From contig JAYWIR010000023.1 in NCBI GenBank assembly GCA_036172245.1, forward strand, positions 310,001 through 374,000: a DNA stretch of 64,000 nucleotides, read 5' to 3'. A model generated the notes under the pieces. That model was not told where the DNA came from. It saw only the letters and a program-made list of their open reading frames with translations, and made no database searches. The stretch's first letter is position 1. The number at the start of each line of letters is the position of its first letter. The DNA comes from Raillietiella orientalis. Taxonomy: Eukaryota. A program made the position numbers and the translations under genes. Positions 1-12,589 of this stretch are shown piece by piece.

Positions 1-3000
1 GGAGGTGCGGTTCTTTGTGTGTGTTTCTTCCAGGTGGTGAAATCTGGGAGCGTAACTTTTTTTTATACTAGCTTTTTTGTGAGCATTTCCGTATCAGGTT
101 TCCAACTTTTTGGTCTTATCGAATTAAGTGACAGTTGTGGTTAAGTAGGAACGGTTTTCTCAAGGTGCAGCTTTGGTTTGGCAAACTCCTGCTTTCCTGC
201 CTTTTAATTGAAATGCTTTTTAATTACTTTGAATGTTTTTCAATATTTAAATATTGTTTTGTGTAGCTCCCAACAGTGTGAGATGCTTGGCAATTACTAT
301 GCTGCTGATTCAAATGCATTAGGTTTTTATTTCGAAAACAGCCAAATGCTGAGCCAAGGCCTACCCTTTTTTCTTTGTAATATGCATTTTGATTCGAGGA
401 TGTTTTTAAAAGCACCGTATTTGAGATTTCTCGAATTTCTTGAGGATTCAGTAACAGGCATGGACCACAAAGCCAGTTGACTTCTTGTAGGCCAAGACTT
501 AAACAAATCCTGATGAAATTGTTCATATACAGTTCATTGGTGTGAATATGCGGGGTATGAATATCAGTTGCATAGTAAGTGAAAGTACTCAGTAAAAGTT
601 TCAGAAGACATGTACAAATCCCTCAAATTGAGCAGTAATGTTCTTATTACCATGATTCAAACTTAACATCTTGTATGGAATGTGTGCCCTGTTTTGCACA
701 TCCAAATTATTATAATGAACTTAATAAAAGTTCCATTATCTTTATCACAAAGAAGGAATTCCTAAGCATAATCTAGAATGTCAGGTGGAATGTGTACTTG
801 CAATGTTTGTAGCACAGAACAAAAGTGTAGAAGATAAGAAAAACTGTGGTTATTAGGCAAAGTCAACAACTTTAAATAATCTCGATAGTCTTGCAATATA
901 TTCTACTAGGAATTCCATATTACTGTATTCAAAATTTGTTTTTGATGGGTAAAGAAGCAAGTAATCAGAGTTCTTCCTTGTGAGTCAAAATGTTCTCAGT
1001 TGTTAAAAGTAAGAACTTTAGCACAGTGGTTCTCAAATGTAACAAGAATCTTCAGCAGAGGATCTGAATTTGCATAATGTCAAAATTATAACAAGGTTAT
1101 TGATTGCAAAATATCACCCTGATTTTTCTTTTTGGATATAGCTTTTGATTAATTAGTGTGGAAAGCAACTGGTTTCTCTTAGGCATGTATGGAATCCCAA
1201 ACTAAAGTGCATAGGATGGAAATCATTGTATTACAATGAAGAGTTATTAAAATTTCCATTTCCTGATTTGTGTTTTGAGAAATTTAAATGTCCAAAGTGT
1301 TGGCTTGTAGTCATTGTTGTGCATACTGAAGTCTATCTGCATTGTGAATGTTTATGAAATAAATATTGAATTATAGCATATACTATCTAAAACGTGGCAT
1401 GTGTTTTGCGGGAAATAAACAACTGGCTATATTTGTAAGTTGTTTGTTTTATTTTATCAAATCCATATAGTAATGCAAAACTTCAGTTTCTCAGTGTGGT
1501 GCATTGAATCCCCTGAATTGGTCTGAAAATTGGGACACAGTTGTTAACATTTTAATTTATACGAGAAAAGTCTCTAACAGATTTTAATCTAGGAATATTT
1601 TGGAAACTGAACAGCATAAGACATAAAAAAAAAAAAGAGAGTAATTGCTGTTTTTTTTTTAATCTCTGTGGTTCAGTGTTTACTTCTGTCAAAATTGTCA
1701 CTTGATGAGTTTAGTTTTGATAATTTACTAAGCAAGGTACATAATTAAAATAAATATTTCTTTAAAGAAATGCATAAAAGTTTTCCAAGATTGTTGAGGG
1801 GAATGGAGAGGAAATTCTATCAAAAAAAAAAGAAAGAAACTTAATATGAAGTATTGGTTGTTTTGAATTAATTTAATCATCTAAGTATTGATTTCAATAA
1901 TAACTTTCCCAGTAAGTTCGATGCAGTTACATCTATTAGCAGCAATACAAAAATAGGAGGCAAAGGAGTAAGCAGAAGCAGTAAAAACTAAATATAATAA
2001 AAATCAAAACTTTGGTCGAAAAGCTACGCATAAGTGGAAGTATTTATTATGCAAAACATATCAATTAGTTGAAAATTACAGGATGGAAAGCTCTGTGGCA
2101 TGAAATAAGGGGAAGTAAGAAATCTGCTCAAACCTTGCCTATAGAATATTGTTTGGGAGATCTAGATTGTCTCAAACCATGAGAAATGAAAATTGTTGTG
2201 GTCCCTTCAATATGTGATTTTTTTCGGGCACAAATTAGTGCCAGGGCATGGTACCTATAATTAGGTTTTTAAAATGCTTACAAAATTATGGATTATGGAG
2301 AATTGGTAGCTCATTTAGTGGCGGCCTAAACTCATTTAGACAACAATTGTGGGCAGAGAAGGGCCGTTTCGGAGGTCGTTGCTTTCTGTAAGTCCCATTT
2401 TACATCGTACCAAATAGATTTTGAAGAACTTTCTTGTGATATCGATCCGCATAACAGAAACCTGTTGGCGATTCTGGCGCATCCGACGTGTGACATCACG
2501 ATTCCCTTTTTTTTGAGGCGGGGGGGGAGGGGGGATCGATCTTACAGACGAAGGCATTTTCGGCACACGCGTTTAGCGCGCCGTGTTTTTCTGGTGAAAA
2601 TGCCGCGATCGAAATTCAACCACGAATTTGGTCACGAAGTTAACAAGGGGACGAGTGGTCGGCGTGTTTTCGCGTGGTAGTGGATGCCACGCCTCTCGGT
2701 TTTGATTGTGGCACCTCTGCACGATTTCGGACGGTTGGTTGCGGAAGCGTTCCCATAACGAAGGAATGCCCGCAGGACTCTTCCGTTCTCCAGGGAGTTC
2801 TTCGGTGGTGTATCCGATACCATTTCGGTGGTCTTTGTAGCTTTGAACAGCATCCTCAATAAGTGAGCTTTCGGATCTCTCTCGCAAAGGAAATCGATCG
2901 TGATGGAGAAGATTGCACTGCAAACGTGCAGGCCTCTCATTAGCGCCACTTTTTAAGGGTCTTTGCCCTGCCTATCAGGGAAGGAAATTCGAAACCTTTA

Positions 3001-3839
3001 TCAAGTTGCTTACCCTTTGATACGTTTGAATTTTTCTTAAATATGAGGCAAATTAGACGACATTCCATAGTGGAGACAATGCGCCTGCCCTGGATTTTCC
3101 CAAGGGGGAAAGGCATTTTTCCAGACTACAATTGAATTTGGAGCTAATCGTCCGGGAGAGAGATTAAAGGATGCCGATCATTAAGATGCAGCCACGAACG
3201 AGGGGAGTGAGTCGTAGCCGAGAAGAGAAACCCCTGGAACAGGAACGAAGGATGGACAAGTGCAAGGTGTAAAAAGATGTGGATTTATTAACCAGCTCGC
3301 TCTTCCTGTTTGCAAATCATCGACGCCTTCTCTGCTTGCAAGTGAAGCGGCAGCCGATGCTTAAGCGATTTTTTACGGCTGCATTCATCCTTTTTAAGAG
3401 TGAACGTCTGCGTGGAAGGTGAAATCGTGATGGAGCAGGGTCCTTGAACCGAGAACGGTCGGCCGTCATTTGTGTGCTTCTTGGAAACCAAAGAGTATGA
3501 AAAATCCACTTGAACTGCTGGAACCTTGTCGGGCCTGCACGGCATCTCACGATTTTCACAGCAGGAGCGCTGCTTGAGGTTGTCTTCCGCCGTGCCGGAT
3601 TGAGGTGTGGTTTGTCAAACATCCAGCATTCCAATTTGAGGTTTGTGTCCTGTGAGCCCCTTTACTTGAGACCATTTTCAATGGAACGGTTGATAAGCAT
3701 CTCTGCTTATTGGGTACGTGCTTCTCTTAATTTTCCATGTAATTGCCTTATCATGTCACCCTCGAGAAAAAGGAAAGAAATTCAAAGAGGGAGTTTTGAG
3801 GACTGCTTGTTCTGACGAATCTATTTTTCTTCTTTCAAG

Positions 3840-4594
3840 GATATGCGAGGATCATTTTGGCCATTGCAAGTTTTTCTGTATGGAGAACAAATTACGCGAT
3901 CGCTGGCATACTCTATGTCATCAGCAGCCTGTTGGATGCTTTCGACGGGTTTGCTGCACGATATCTGAATCAAGGTATCCTTTTCCCGATCACACTACGA
4001 TCTTTACCCCCTGATTTTCCCAGCAAGTCGATTTGGAGCCATGCTTGACATGCTCACCGATCGCTGCACTCTCATGTGCTTGCTGGTGGTACTCAGCTGT
4101 CTTTATCCTTTTTACATATTCTTTTTCCAAATGAGCATGATGATCGATATTTCCTGCCATTGGCTGTATCAGTACACGTAAGATAGTCCACTTCGCTCCC
4201 CCCTCCCCCCTGCAGTTGTATTTTCAGGTGCGTACTCTTCGGACAGGAATCTCACAAGAGCGAGACCGATTGGAACCATCCCGTTTTGCAGATTTACTAC
4301 GGGAGCCGATGGGTGCTCTTTTCGATGTGTGCAGCGAACGAGTTGTTCTACTCCTTTCTCTATTGGAACTATTTCAGCGAAGGATACAAAAGCAAGTGCA
4401 TTCCGTTCCTGGCGTTGACGTCGACCTTGATTCCTTTTTCAGTTGGCGGCGTCGGCCTGTACCGCATCCTCATTTGCTTGCTGATGCCGGTCGCTATCCT
4501 TAAATGCGTGATCTCTTTGATACATGGATACGTAGCTTCTGTGAGATTGGCTACATTCGACGCGAAGGCAAGGAACGACAGTCACCGGCCCTAG
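3840..4594 (+). CDS. CDIPT: CDP-diacylglycerol-inositol 3-phosphatidyltransferase (phosphatidylinositol synthase); 4 exons seen, first exon not located
   Basis: Exons 3840-3974, 4024-4177, 4228-4391 and 4443-4594 join in frame: GYARIILAIASF...LLDAFDGFAARYLNQASRFGAMLDMLTDR (CDP-alcohol phosphotransferase motif)...ESHK...MCAANELFY...LKCVISLIHGYVAS. Two GT-AG introns and one GC-AG intron of 49-51 nt. Confidence 0.93.
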
Positions 4595-4679
4595 GCTTGC
4601 AGCGTCCCCATGTGTTTTTTTTTTATTTTTTATTTTTGCACCTCGTAAAGCATTCCATTTTCGCGCCCGCAGTCACCGT

Positions 4680-7600
4680 TTACTCCTTCCTCAGAGGGAC
4701 CAGCTTGATCAGAATTGGTTCCGACGGCACGGACACCATTCTCATTTTGATGTGCACGTCGGTCTCGTTGAGAAGCTCCAGACGGAACGACTTGGTCAGC
4801 TATGGAGAGAGGAGGCAAACTGTCGCCAAATCAGCAGACCTTTGCGCGCGCGATCCCCTCGAGATTCACAGTGCCTCTTCCTGCCTTCCCAGCGAGCTCA
4901 GATGTCCCCTCGAATTACCTGCATGAGCAGCTGGCTCATGCTGATTTCCGATATCCTTTTCCCTATGCACGACCTCACACCTTTCCCAAAGGGAAGCGTG
5001 GCGTAGGAATCGATGCCTTTGCCTCCAGGTGTCCTCTCTATCCATCGTTCTGGCCGGAAATCTTTGGGATCTGGGAACGTTTGAGGGTCGCGTCCCATAG
5101 TGTAGAGCGATATTAGGACCAGCTTCTAAACGAACATCATTTAGTTCACCAAAGACTCGCGGGATGGAAACACCTTACTCCTTTCGGTATCTCGTATCCA
5201 TTGAGAACGATGTCTCTGTCCATGAGTCGCGTGACGAACGGTGCCACCGGGTACAGTCGCAGCGCCTCTTTGATGACTGCCCTCACGAACGACATGCCAT
5301 CATCGAAGGACTCGCAGCATATTAGCTTCTCTTGGATTCGGGGGTGTTTCGCCAGCGAATAGAGGACCCACTGCATGGCGTGGGACGTCTGGAAGACCGG
5401 GATCAAGCTCACCAGGAGAAAATGTTGAGAAACCTGGTGGAACTCATCGACCGTTCAGTACTGAGGGGCTTTTGGTTATTTAGACCTGCTGTCCCCCTCT
5501 GTGAAAGATCGCGTGGCCTCGTCGTTTTCAAGCGGTTTTTCCTTCTCTGCGGTTCTAGGTGCGGAACTCAGGAAGTGAGAGGGAAATGATCTTCGCTTTG
5601 CAGGAACCGCGGCCCGTCGGAGGGTTTCGCACAGCTCCCCCCTGTGGGCAAGCCTTGACAGTTCGCTCTCGCTCTCTACGTGGTTTCATCGAGAATTCCA
5701 CGGCAGCACAAGGGGGCCGTCGGAGGTGGAGCATTCCGTCGAGGGGTTTGCGGCTTCCATGCAACCACGCAGAATGGGGGCTACTTTCCCATTCTGCGTG
5801 GTCATTCTCGATTCCCCTGCCTCTCCTGAACGCAAGGTGGATCTGAAAAACGGAGGCAAACACTCCACGGAGGGCTTTTAGGATGCCATCCACAGCGATC
5901 CTCTATGTGTGTCCTTAGCTGGTCCGCCGCCCTGCGAGACGGATCCCTTCGGCGCCAGCGGTAGCCTCCTGGCGCCTTGCACTTTGTCTCTCCGTTTCGG
6001 AACCTTCAGCCCCGTTCCCCTCGGGTCAATTGTCGGAGTCCCGAGCTACCGAACGGCTGCATATCACACGTAGATGCCTGCAGGACCGGGACTGGCACCA
6101 CTCCCTTCCCCTCAACCTGTTTAGGCAAAAAAGCCACGTCTGACCAGCATTCGGAGTCACTGGGACGGCTACGTCGAATGGCATCACCCAGACAGTCAAG
6201 GTGTCCCTCGTCCCCAGTCGGACGTCAAAAAGGGGAAAGGACAATCGCGAGGGGCGCGGAAGGTGTCGGACAAAGGGGGAAGGAGAAGCGGCGGGTGAGG
6301 CGGAGCGTAGGGGAGCTGCAAGCGGAGGGAGCGCGACGCCCCGTTTCTCTGAGTATCCTGGCAACTCTTCTGCAGACTTGGCCTCCGTGGTTGGGACCGC
6401 GACTCTACACAACGTTCCGATAGATGACCCTGTAACCCCTCCGACGGCTCTCGCCGCCCGCGAGAATCCGCCCTCTTCAACCGGCTTGTCGTGGAGTGGG
6501 GGTTAGCGGCTTCCATCGGATCCGAAGCTTTTTGATCTTGCGGTCCCTTGGAAAGCATGGGAGTGGTTCTTCCTCGCTTTCCACGCGAAGTTCATGAGGT
6601 CGGTTCCATCATCCGCCTGGGGGGAGACGGCTCGGGAAGCTACACGCACTAGGACTCGCTTTCCTTTCCCCTCCGGACCGCCCTCCCTGTGACCTCGGAC
6701 TCCCGGCGTCCGCCCATTCTTTCCTCCCTTCGTTCCCTCGTACCGTATCAGCCGCAGCCATCAGCATGTCCACGGCCATCCTGCGCACGTATTCGTCGGG
6801 CAGCCGTTCCTTCATAAGCAGGTGGTAGATGATGCTGGGAGGGGACTCTTCGCCGCCGCTGTCTTTCGCTGTCGCGACCTCAGCGCAACGCTTGACGTAT
6901 CTATCCGCTACGCCCTCGGAATAGAGGTCATTTCAGATCAAGGAGGAAGTGGAGGGGGGGGAAGGCAGGAAGGGATACGGAAGAAAGGGGGAGCAGCGAC
7001 TCACCGAGGAGCAGGGAGGTGTCCAGCGCCCTGACGAGCTTTCTCCACGGGGGCAGGCGGAGAGTGGCGGCCAGTCCCGGGGGCACAACGGAAAGGGTTG
7101 CCGTTTCCGCGAAGACACGCCTCACTTGATCTACGAATTCATCGAAGGCGGAAGGCTCCTGTGTCACAATAGAGTCGAACTTCTTCCCGCAGACGACAGT
7201 CCCTAGGCCTGCAAGAGTGCTCAGGTGTGGCACGGCTGCTAGCCGTAGGGCGCGGAGGGCGAAGCAGTCCCTTCCGCCCACCGCCGCCGCTCACCGCGGA
7301 TGGACCACTTGTAAAGCTCCTCCTCGAGGTGGGTCAGGATGCGGCCTCCTGAGGTTTCTGCCCAGCGGCGCACCGTGCGGTATGCCATCTCCTCAACCTT
7401 GGGTACCTGGTCTTCCAGCCACGAGGGGTTCAGCAGCAGTCTGTTGAGAATCTTCCTGGCGCTGGCCCACTCCTCGCCTTCCCTGGAAAGAGAAGAAGGA
7501 GGGAGTGGATAGAAACTCGGGAAAAATCAAGAACTTTTGTCACGTGAAGGAAGGAGGGGGAAAGGTAACGCCAGAAGCCCTTGGGTAAGCTTTTTCCCGT

Positions 7601-8320
7601 CCCGTCTGCAGCGCACAATGCTCCTCCGACCATAGGAAATGCAGCCGAGCGGGTAGGGCCCGTACGTCTGCTGGGCGGCGGAGGCCCTCTGGCGACCAGC
7701 GACGGCTGTCCGCCAGAGGTCAGGGACTAGGCGGAAAACTTCGACTCCAGAGGAGGGGGGGGGAGGTGAGAGACGAATTTATTCTCGTTCCCTCCCCTCT
7801 TCCCCCCAAGGTGTGTCTCCGGAGAAGGGCGAACGAAAACCATGGGTACGATGAGTTGGAAGGGGGTAAGAGAGGAAGGAAGGATCACTCACATGAAGAA
7901 GAGTCCTCTGCGGCACCCGAACTTCTCGTTGTAGGCGAGCCAGCAGGCCGGGATCATGTGGGCGGGATGGCGCCCCTCCTGCTGGAAGATGCGCCTCGCT
8001 AGGTCTGCGCTGGCCACGAATACCGCATCCACGTGGCCGACGCGCTCCCGGAAGATGGGTCCCAGCTGCCCGTGCCGCATGTCGCAGTATTCATGGATCC
8101 TGCCGATGGACCCGAACCGCGCTAGGTCCCACGCCGTACCCACAAGCGGCAGACCCTTGGCCCAAGGTAGCTCGCAAAAGGGTCGCCCTCCTGGAGACGT
8201 CGAGGCGGCTGTGGGAACGAAAGGAAGGTCTCCGCGGGGGGCGGTGACCTCCGACAGGCAGCGCCCGGGGAGGCGCACCGGCCCCAGAAAGCACCGCCAC
8301 CAGCACAGCCGCCTCCTCAT
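4680..8320 (-). CDS. CYP315A1: Mitochondrial-clan cytochrome P450, most similar to CYP315A1 (shadow, ecdysteroid 2-hydroxylase); 7 exons, start codon uncertain
   Basis: Exons ~8320-7893, 7482-7295, 7208-7005, 6907-6744, 5388-5179, 5125-4919 and 4799-4680, all GT-AG and in phase. Motifs: GLPLVGT, LGPIFRE, RGLFFMEGEEWASARKILN, AAADTTSH (I-helix), KEALRLYPVAPF (ExxR), FRPERW, PFGKGVRSCIG (heme). Arg-rich N-terminus resembles a mitochondrial targeting peptide. P450 is certain; subfamily is from remembered motifs. Confidence 0.85.
5680..6560 (-). pseudogene. Decayed, GC-enriched cox2-like NUMT relic(s) in the 1.36 kb CYP intron
   Basis: Minus-strand frames give QDQKASDPME (~LQDSASPLME), LQGHLSE (~LHGQLIE), PSLQ (~PSLR), VWVMPFDV (~ILVTAADV) and GQTWLFCLNR (~NQTNFFINR) in cox2 order. 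The MEAANP segment recurs at ~5745-5760. Confidence 0.5.
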
Positions 8321-10169
8321 TGACTGCCGACAGGCGACGTCCGTTCTCCGAGCCGCGGCGTTCGCAGCCAGCATTCCTCGCGCTCGCACTCTTGAAGCGT
8401 CGACTGGAAGCCGAAGCAGCAGATCAGACCGCCTCCGGCTGCGAGCTCGCATTTGCTGCGCGAACAAGAGCCCTCCGGGGGGCGTGCCCGCGGGGCTTCT
8501 CTCTGACCTCTCACCTGCCACAGCGACGCGAACGCGTCCGCCGCGGTGCACTTGTTCTTCGCCGTCCCCTCCACCAGTGCCTGCCTCCATGGCCGAGCGC
8601 TTGCTGGGGCGGGGACGTCCCCCATCCCCCGTGCTTCAGGAGCTGCTCCCACGCCCACGCACCCTCCTTCCCGCTGCTACCCTGGAGCCCCTGGTTCTCC
8701 CTGTCGAGGGGGGCTTCTGGAGACGGCCTACGCAGGCGCGGATGCCCGCCATCTTTCTGGCAGTCCTCCGAGGCGCCTTCCCCCTTCTCCCCAAGCTCCA
8801 TCGGACGCGTCCTCCGTCCGAAGGGGAGAGGCTCCGCCGTTCTCCGCGGGAGAGGAAGCCGCGCCGCGCCTGCTCGAGACGCGAGGGCGGGGTCGTGAGC
8901 CTGCCACCCTCACCCCTTCCTGAGGGCTCTCCGTGCTGACAAGCGGCGGCGATGCAGCTCTTCGACCGGCCTCGCCCATCCCTGCGTCCACTGGAAAGGA
9001 AACCCTCCGGGCAAAGAGGCTGCAAGTCGATGCGGTGCCCGTGCGGAGATTTTTTTTTTTTCTTTTCCTTGTAAGCCTCACCCGAGGGGTGCCCCTTTCC
9101 AGGATTGATGAGCGGTGCTGACGCGCGCGGGGAGTGGGGAGCTTCCGTCTGGGAAGCTGCGCGCCGCTGCGGCGGCAACGGTCGCGGCCGAGGTGAAGTC
9201 TGGCCGGGGACGGCGGCGGGCGGGTCTCTGATGGAACTGCGGAGGCATCTCGCCGCCGGCAGAGGAACCTCGCGGGAGCGAACTTGCTCTCCGGAGCGGC
9301 GACACGGAAGGGCGGCTCCGATCTCTGGACGGCAGCGAACGGAACTCCAAGGTCGGCCCTGGAGACAAGGGCGCGGACAGGGCGAGGAATCGGCCCCTCG
9401 GGCTACCGCAGGGGCAGGTCCTAGGTCTGCTATCGATTTCTTTTTCATTTCGAGCTACATGGTTCTTCTCGCTCGCGACTCGTGAAGGCACGCGAGCGAG
9501 CGCTTCCGGGAGGATATTTCCCCCTCATGGTTCGAACGAGTTCGTGGCTCCGAGAGAGACGAAACCTGTTCAGAAGGGGTAGACTGAACTTTGGACCTGC
9601 GGGAGAGGAGGAGAGGTGTTCCTTATTGCTGTGACTGAGCTCCTCCCGTGGCGGAGCACCTTGCGCGACCGAATCACGCGTGAGGGTCGTCGAGAACGTG
9701 CGAGCGAACGGCACGGAGCTGCCCCAGCTCCCAGGTCTCCCGGAGGAGTCGGGGATCCTTCTAAGCAGGAGACTCGGGGAGGTGCAACGTCGTCTCAACG
9801 CCTAGCGGGAATCGCTCCTGGAGTTCTGGCATACGCACATGCGACTGTGGGACAACCGAACCGCTGAAAGGGATGTTCCCGAAAGCGCACATCCAGAGGG
9901 ATGCTCTTCCTCTTCCTTGATGGACATCCTCGAAGATGGGGTGCGTCAGGAATCGTTCCTGGGAGTCCAAGAGACGCTCAGGAAGCTCTGGGACGCAGAG
10001 GGAGCCTCTGGGAATCCTTTGGGCAGAGTTAGGGAGGGCGTGATCCTCCCCGCAAGGACAGGCCGAGGCGTTTCTTTGGCTGGAGTGCCAGGGATAAGGC
10101 TGGGCACGAAAGTGGCTCCCAAAGGCGTCGGGAAGTCGGTCCACAAGGAAGGAAACATGCAGAGCTCGT

Positions 10170-10952
10170 GGCGTTTCTTCCACGCCAATGCGGAGGCGAG
10201 CACAAGGCCGACGGGCCGAGGATTCCAACTGCGACTTGCCTTTTCCCTTCCTTTTGGGGGAAGGGGGTGGTGGGGTGAGTATCGAGAGACTCGCCCCTGG
10301 TCGATTTTCCTGACCCTTTGGAGAACACACGGCATTTGCCTGAGGATCGCGGATGTTGCTCCCTGATGCAGAGGCCGGGAACGCATCTTCAAGATGGATC
10401 TGGGAGGGAGATCGAGGGCTCGAGGATGGGGGACTGCCGCTCCTTCCGTTGGCCTCCCGCGCTTTCGCATTGGCTGCGGAGGCCGCAGGTGTTGGTCTGC
10501 GCGCTTCTCTGGTTGCGCCGCTGGGCGTCTTCGTCTGCGTGTCCCGCTTCCTCCCGCCATCCGCGACCTCTGTGCTTTGCCCCCCTAATCCCCACCTTCG
10601 CTTTGCCTTCCTCTTCCGCAGACCCGAGCCCTCGATCCCGTGGTAGAGGCAGGCTGAGACGACTGGCATCTCCTCCCTGCTCCAAGTCCTCAGGGAGATG
10701 GCCCCCATCGGGACTGAACAGGTCCCAGGCAGGGAGAGGGGGTCAACTGCCCCACCTCTCCTGGACTTTCGCCTCCCTGAACTTCGGCTCGCCGGGTGCC
10801 TCAGGCCCTAATATCTACGAGGCATGCGACTCACAACGCATGATAGGACGAGCAGGCAGATGAGAGCTCCATGACGTGGTCGTGCAGGAGAATGAGGCAT
10901 TCTATAATAGGGGAGCATGAACTTTGGAATAGTAGTAGGGATGTTACTACAT
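10170..10952 (-). pseudogene. cox2: cox2 NUMT relic
   Basis: FQSSCSPI(M)ECLILLHDHVM matches FQDSASPIMEQLIFFHDHAM, directly downstream of cox1. A weaker C-terminal match GKGKSQ...LRIGVEE (~GLFYGQ...MPIVVES) has correct spacing. Confidence 0.75.
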
Positions 10953-10999
10953 GTCGTCGTATGCACATTTTAAGCGTTCCTCGGTTCCCTGGCTGGGAT

Positions 11000-12400
11000 G
11001 GTAACAGGAGCTGCAGAAGTTACACTGCTGAGGAAGGAAGGGTTGTATTTCCAGTTCACCCCAACTGACCGCTGATGCTTGATCGATGATGAATGGCTCA
11101 TTCGTCAGTTTGTCCAAGTCGATGGCTGGAAAATTGGAATAGGGAAAGGAGGCATCCCGGGAGGGCGCCATGTTTCGAAAACTGACCAGCGTCGGGGTAT
11201 GCTCGTAAATCCCAGGAAATGCTGCAGGAGGAAGGTCGTGTTGACCCCCGACGTGCGGAGGGCTAGTCACTCAAGAAAGAGTGGTTGAAGGAGAGTGCTG
11301 TTGTTAGGGATGGTCGCGTAGATGGCGGGGAAGACGTCATCTGTAGGTTGAGGAGAGCTTGGCAAGACGCCGAAGAGATTTGCCTGTGGATGCGTTTGGA
11401 GTGACTTCAGTGAGTCCTTTGGCAGATAGGATAATAACTGTACTTCAGAAGGATTACACGCTATGCGAGAGTGCAGAACCAAGCGTTGCACCAACCCTAG
11501 GATGATTTCATTTTTGACATTTCATTTTTCCTAGGATGATTATTGGTGTCTAAGATCAAATAGGTTCGTGTGTCACGTCTAGACCTAAATAGAACACCTA
11601 GCGAGAGGAGACAATTAGCCGTAGTATTCCAGCGGCGATCATGGCATGGGAAGAATATTCTTCCTCTGTTGAAAGAATGGTTTATTCCTTAGGTCCAAGA
11701 TGTGGAACACAACACCAAAACCAACTCAGTTTGGATTTCTCGAAGAATCAAAACAAGTGTTGGAGACCAAGATGACCCTTCATTGTGAGGTCTAAGAGCT
11801 TCTCTTGTGGGGTCTAAGAACGATCGAAGAGGAATAGGGTGATCGCTCCTGATAGTACAGGCAGCACTAAGGTTAGTAAAATGGCGGTGTGACGGAGGGA
11901 TCATAGGGTAAGAGGGATGTCCGGGAGCGAGAATATCTGTGGATCGTATCTTGATGGCGGTGATGAAGAAGCTTGACTGCTCTTAAGACTAATGAGATTC
12001 CGGTATTTACTGATTAACTAAAGGGATGTTTGTGATGGAGGGAAGGGAGGGAAAGGTAAGGAGTCACATCCTGCTCTTGGTTCCTTGGAATAGAACATGG
12101 AGGAGTGACCAAAATCGGAAGTTGTTCAATCGTGAGCATGCCAGGCCTAGTGCTCAGTCGACTGCCAAACCAACCTATTGCGGCTAGTACAGCTAGGAAG
12201 AAAATCATGGTTAAAGAATGGGCGCTAATAGCAATGTTGTGGGGTTCATCGATTGTCAATGGGAGGTTAAGAAAGTTCTAGACGAATCTTAGGAGAGTTC
12301 TTAAGGTGTAAGCTCAAATTCTGTAGATACAGTAGTGTCTTCTTGGTTTGTATGTATGGGTCACCCTTGTAGAAAGCTCGTAAGACCTTGGATTCCCGAC
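11000..12400 (-). pseudogene. cox1: cox1 NUMT relic with stops and frameshifts
   Basis: ISAHSLTMIFFLAVLAAIGWFG (~[22 protein letters not shown]); IPLTLWSLRHTAILLTLVLPVLSGAITLFLFDR (~11830-11920); QHLFWFF with TGA=W (11742-11762); GVNTTFLLQHFLGFTSMPRR (~11190-11250). Confidence 0.93.
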
Positions 12401-12589
12401 CTTGAAGGTTAGCAATCTATTTTTAACATAATCTTGAACAAGATGTTCGGAGAGCAATTTGAATTTGAAAAATTTGAATCTGAAAGATACGACAGAGGAA
12501 CTTGGAAGCCAAATGGCTGAGGAAGGAGAAAATTCACAAATTCATCAATGGTTTCATTTTTCAAATTTTTTTTTTTTTTTTTTGATGAT

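Noticed and set aside
7956..8939. 327-aa plus-strand ORF
   Set aside because: Antisense shadow of the GC-rich P450 exon 1.
9946..10300. RT-like words (LPKGFPEAPS)
   Set aside because: No YxDD; the region is colinear with cox2-atp8-atp6 of the NUMT.
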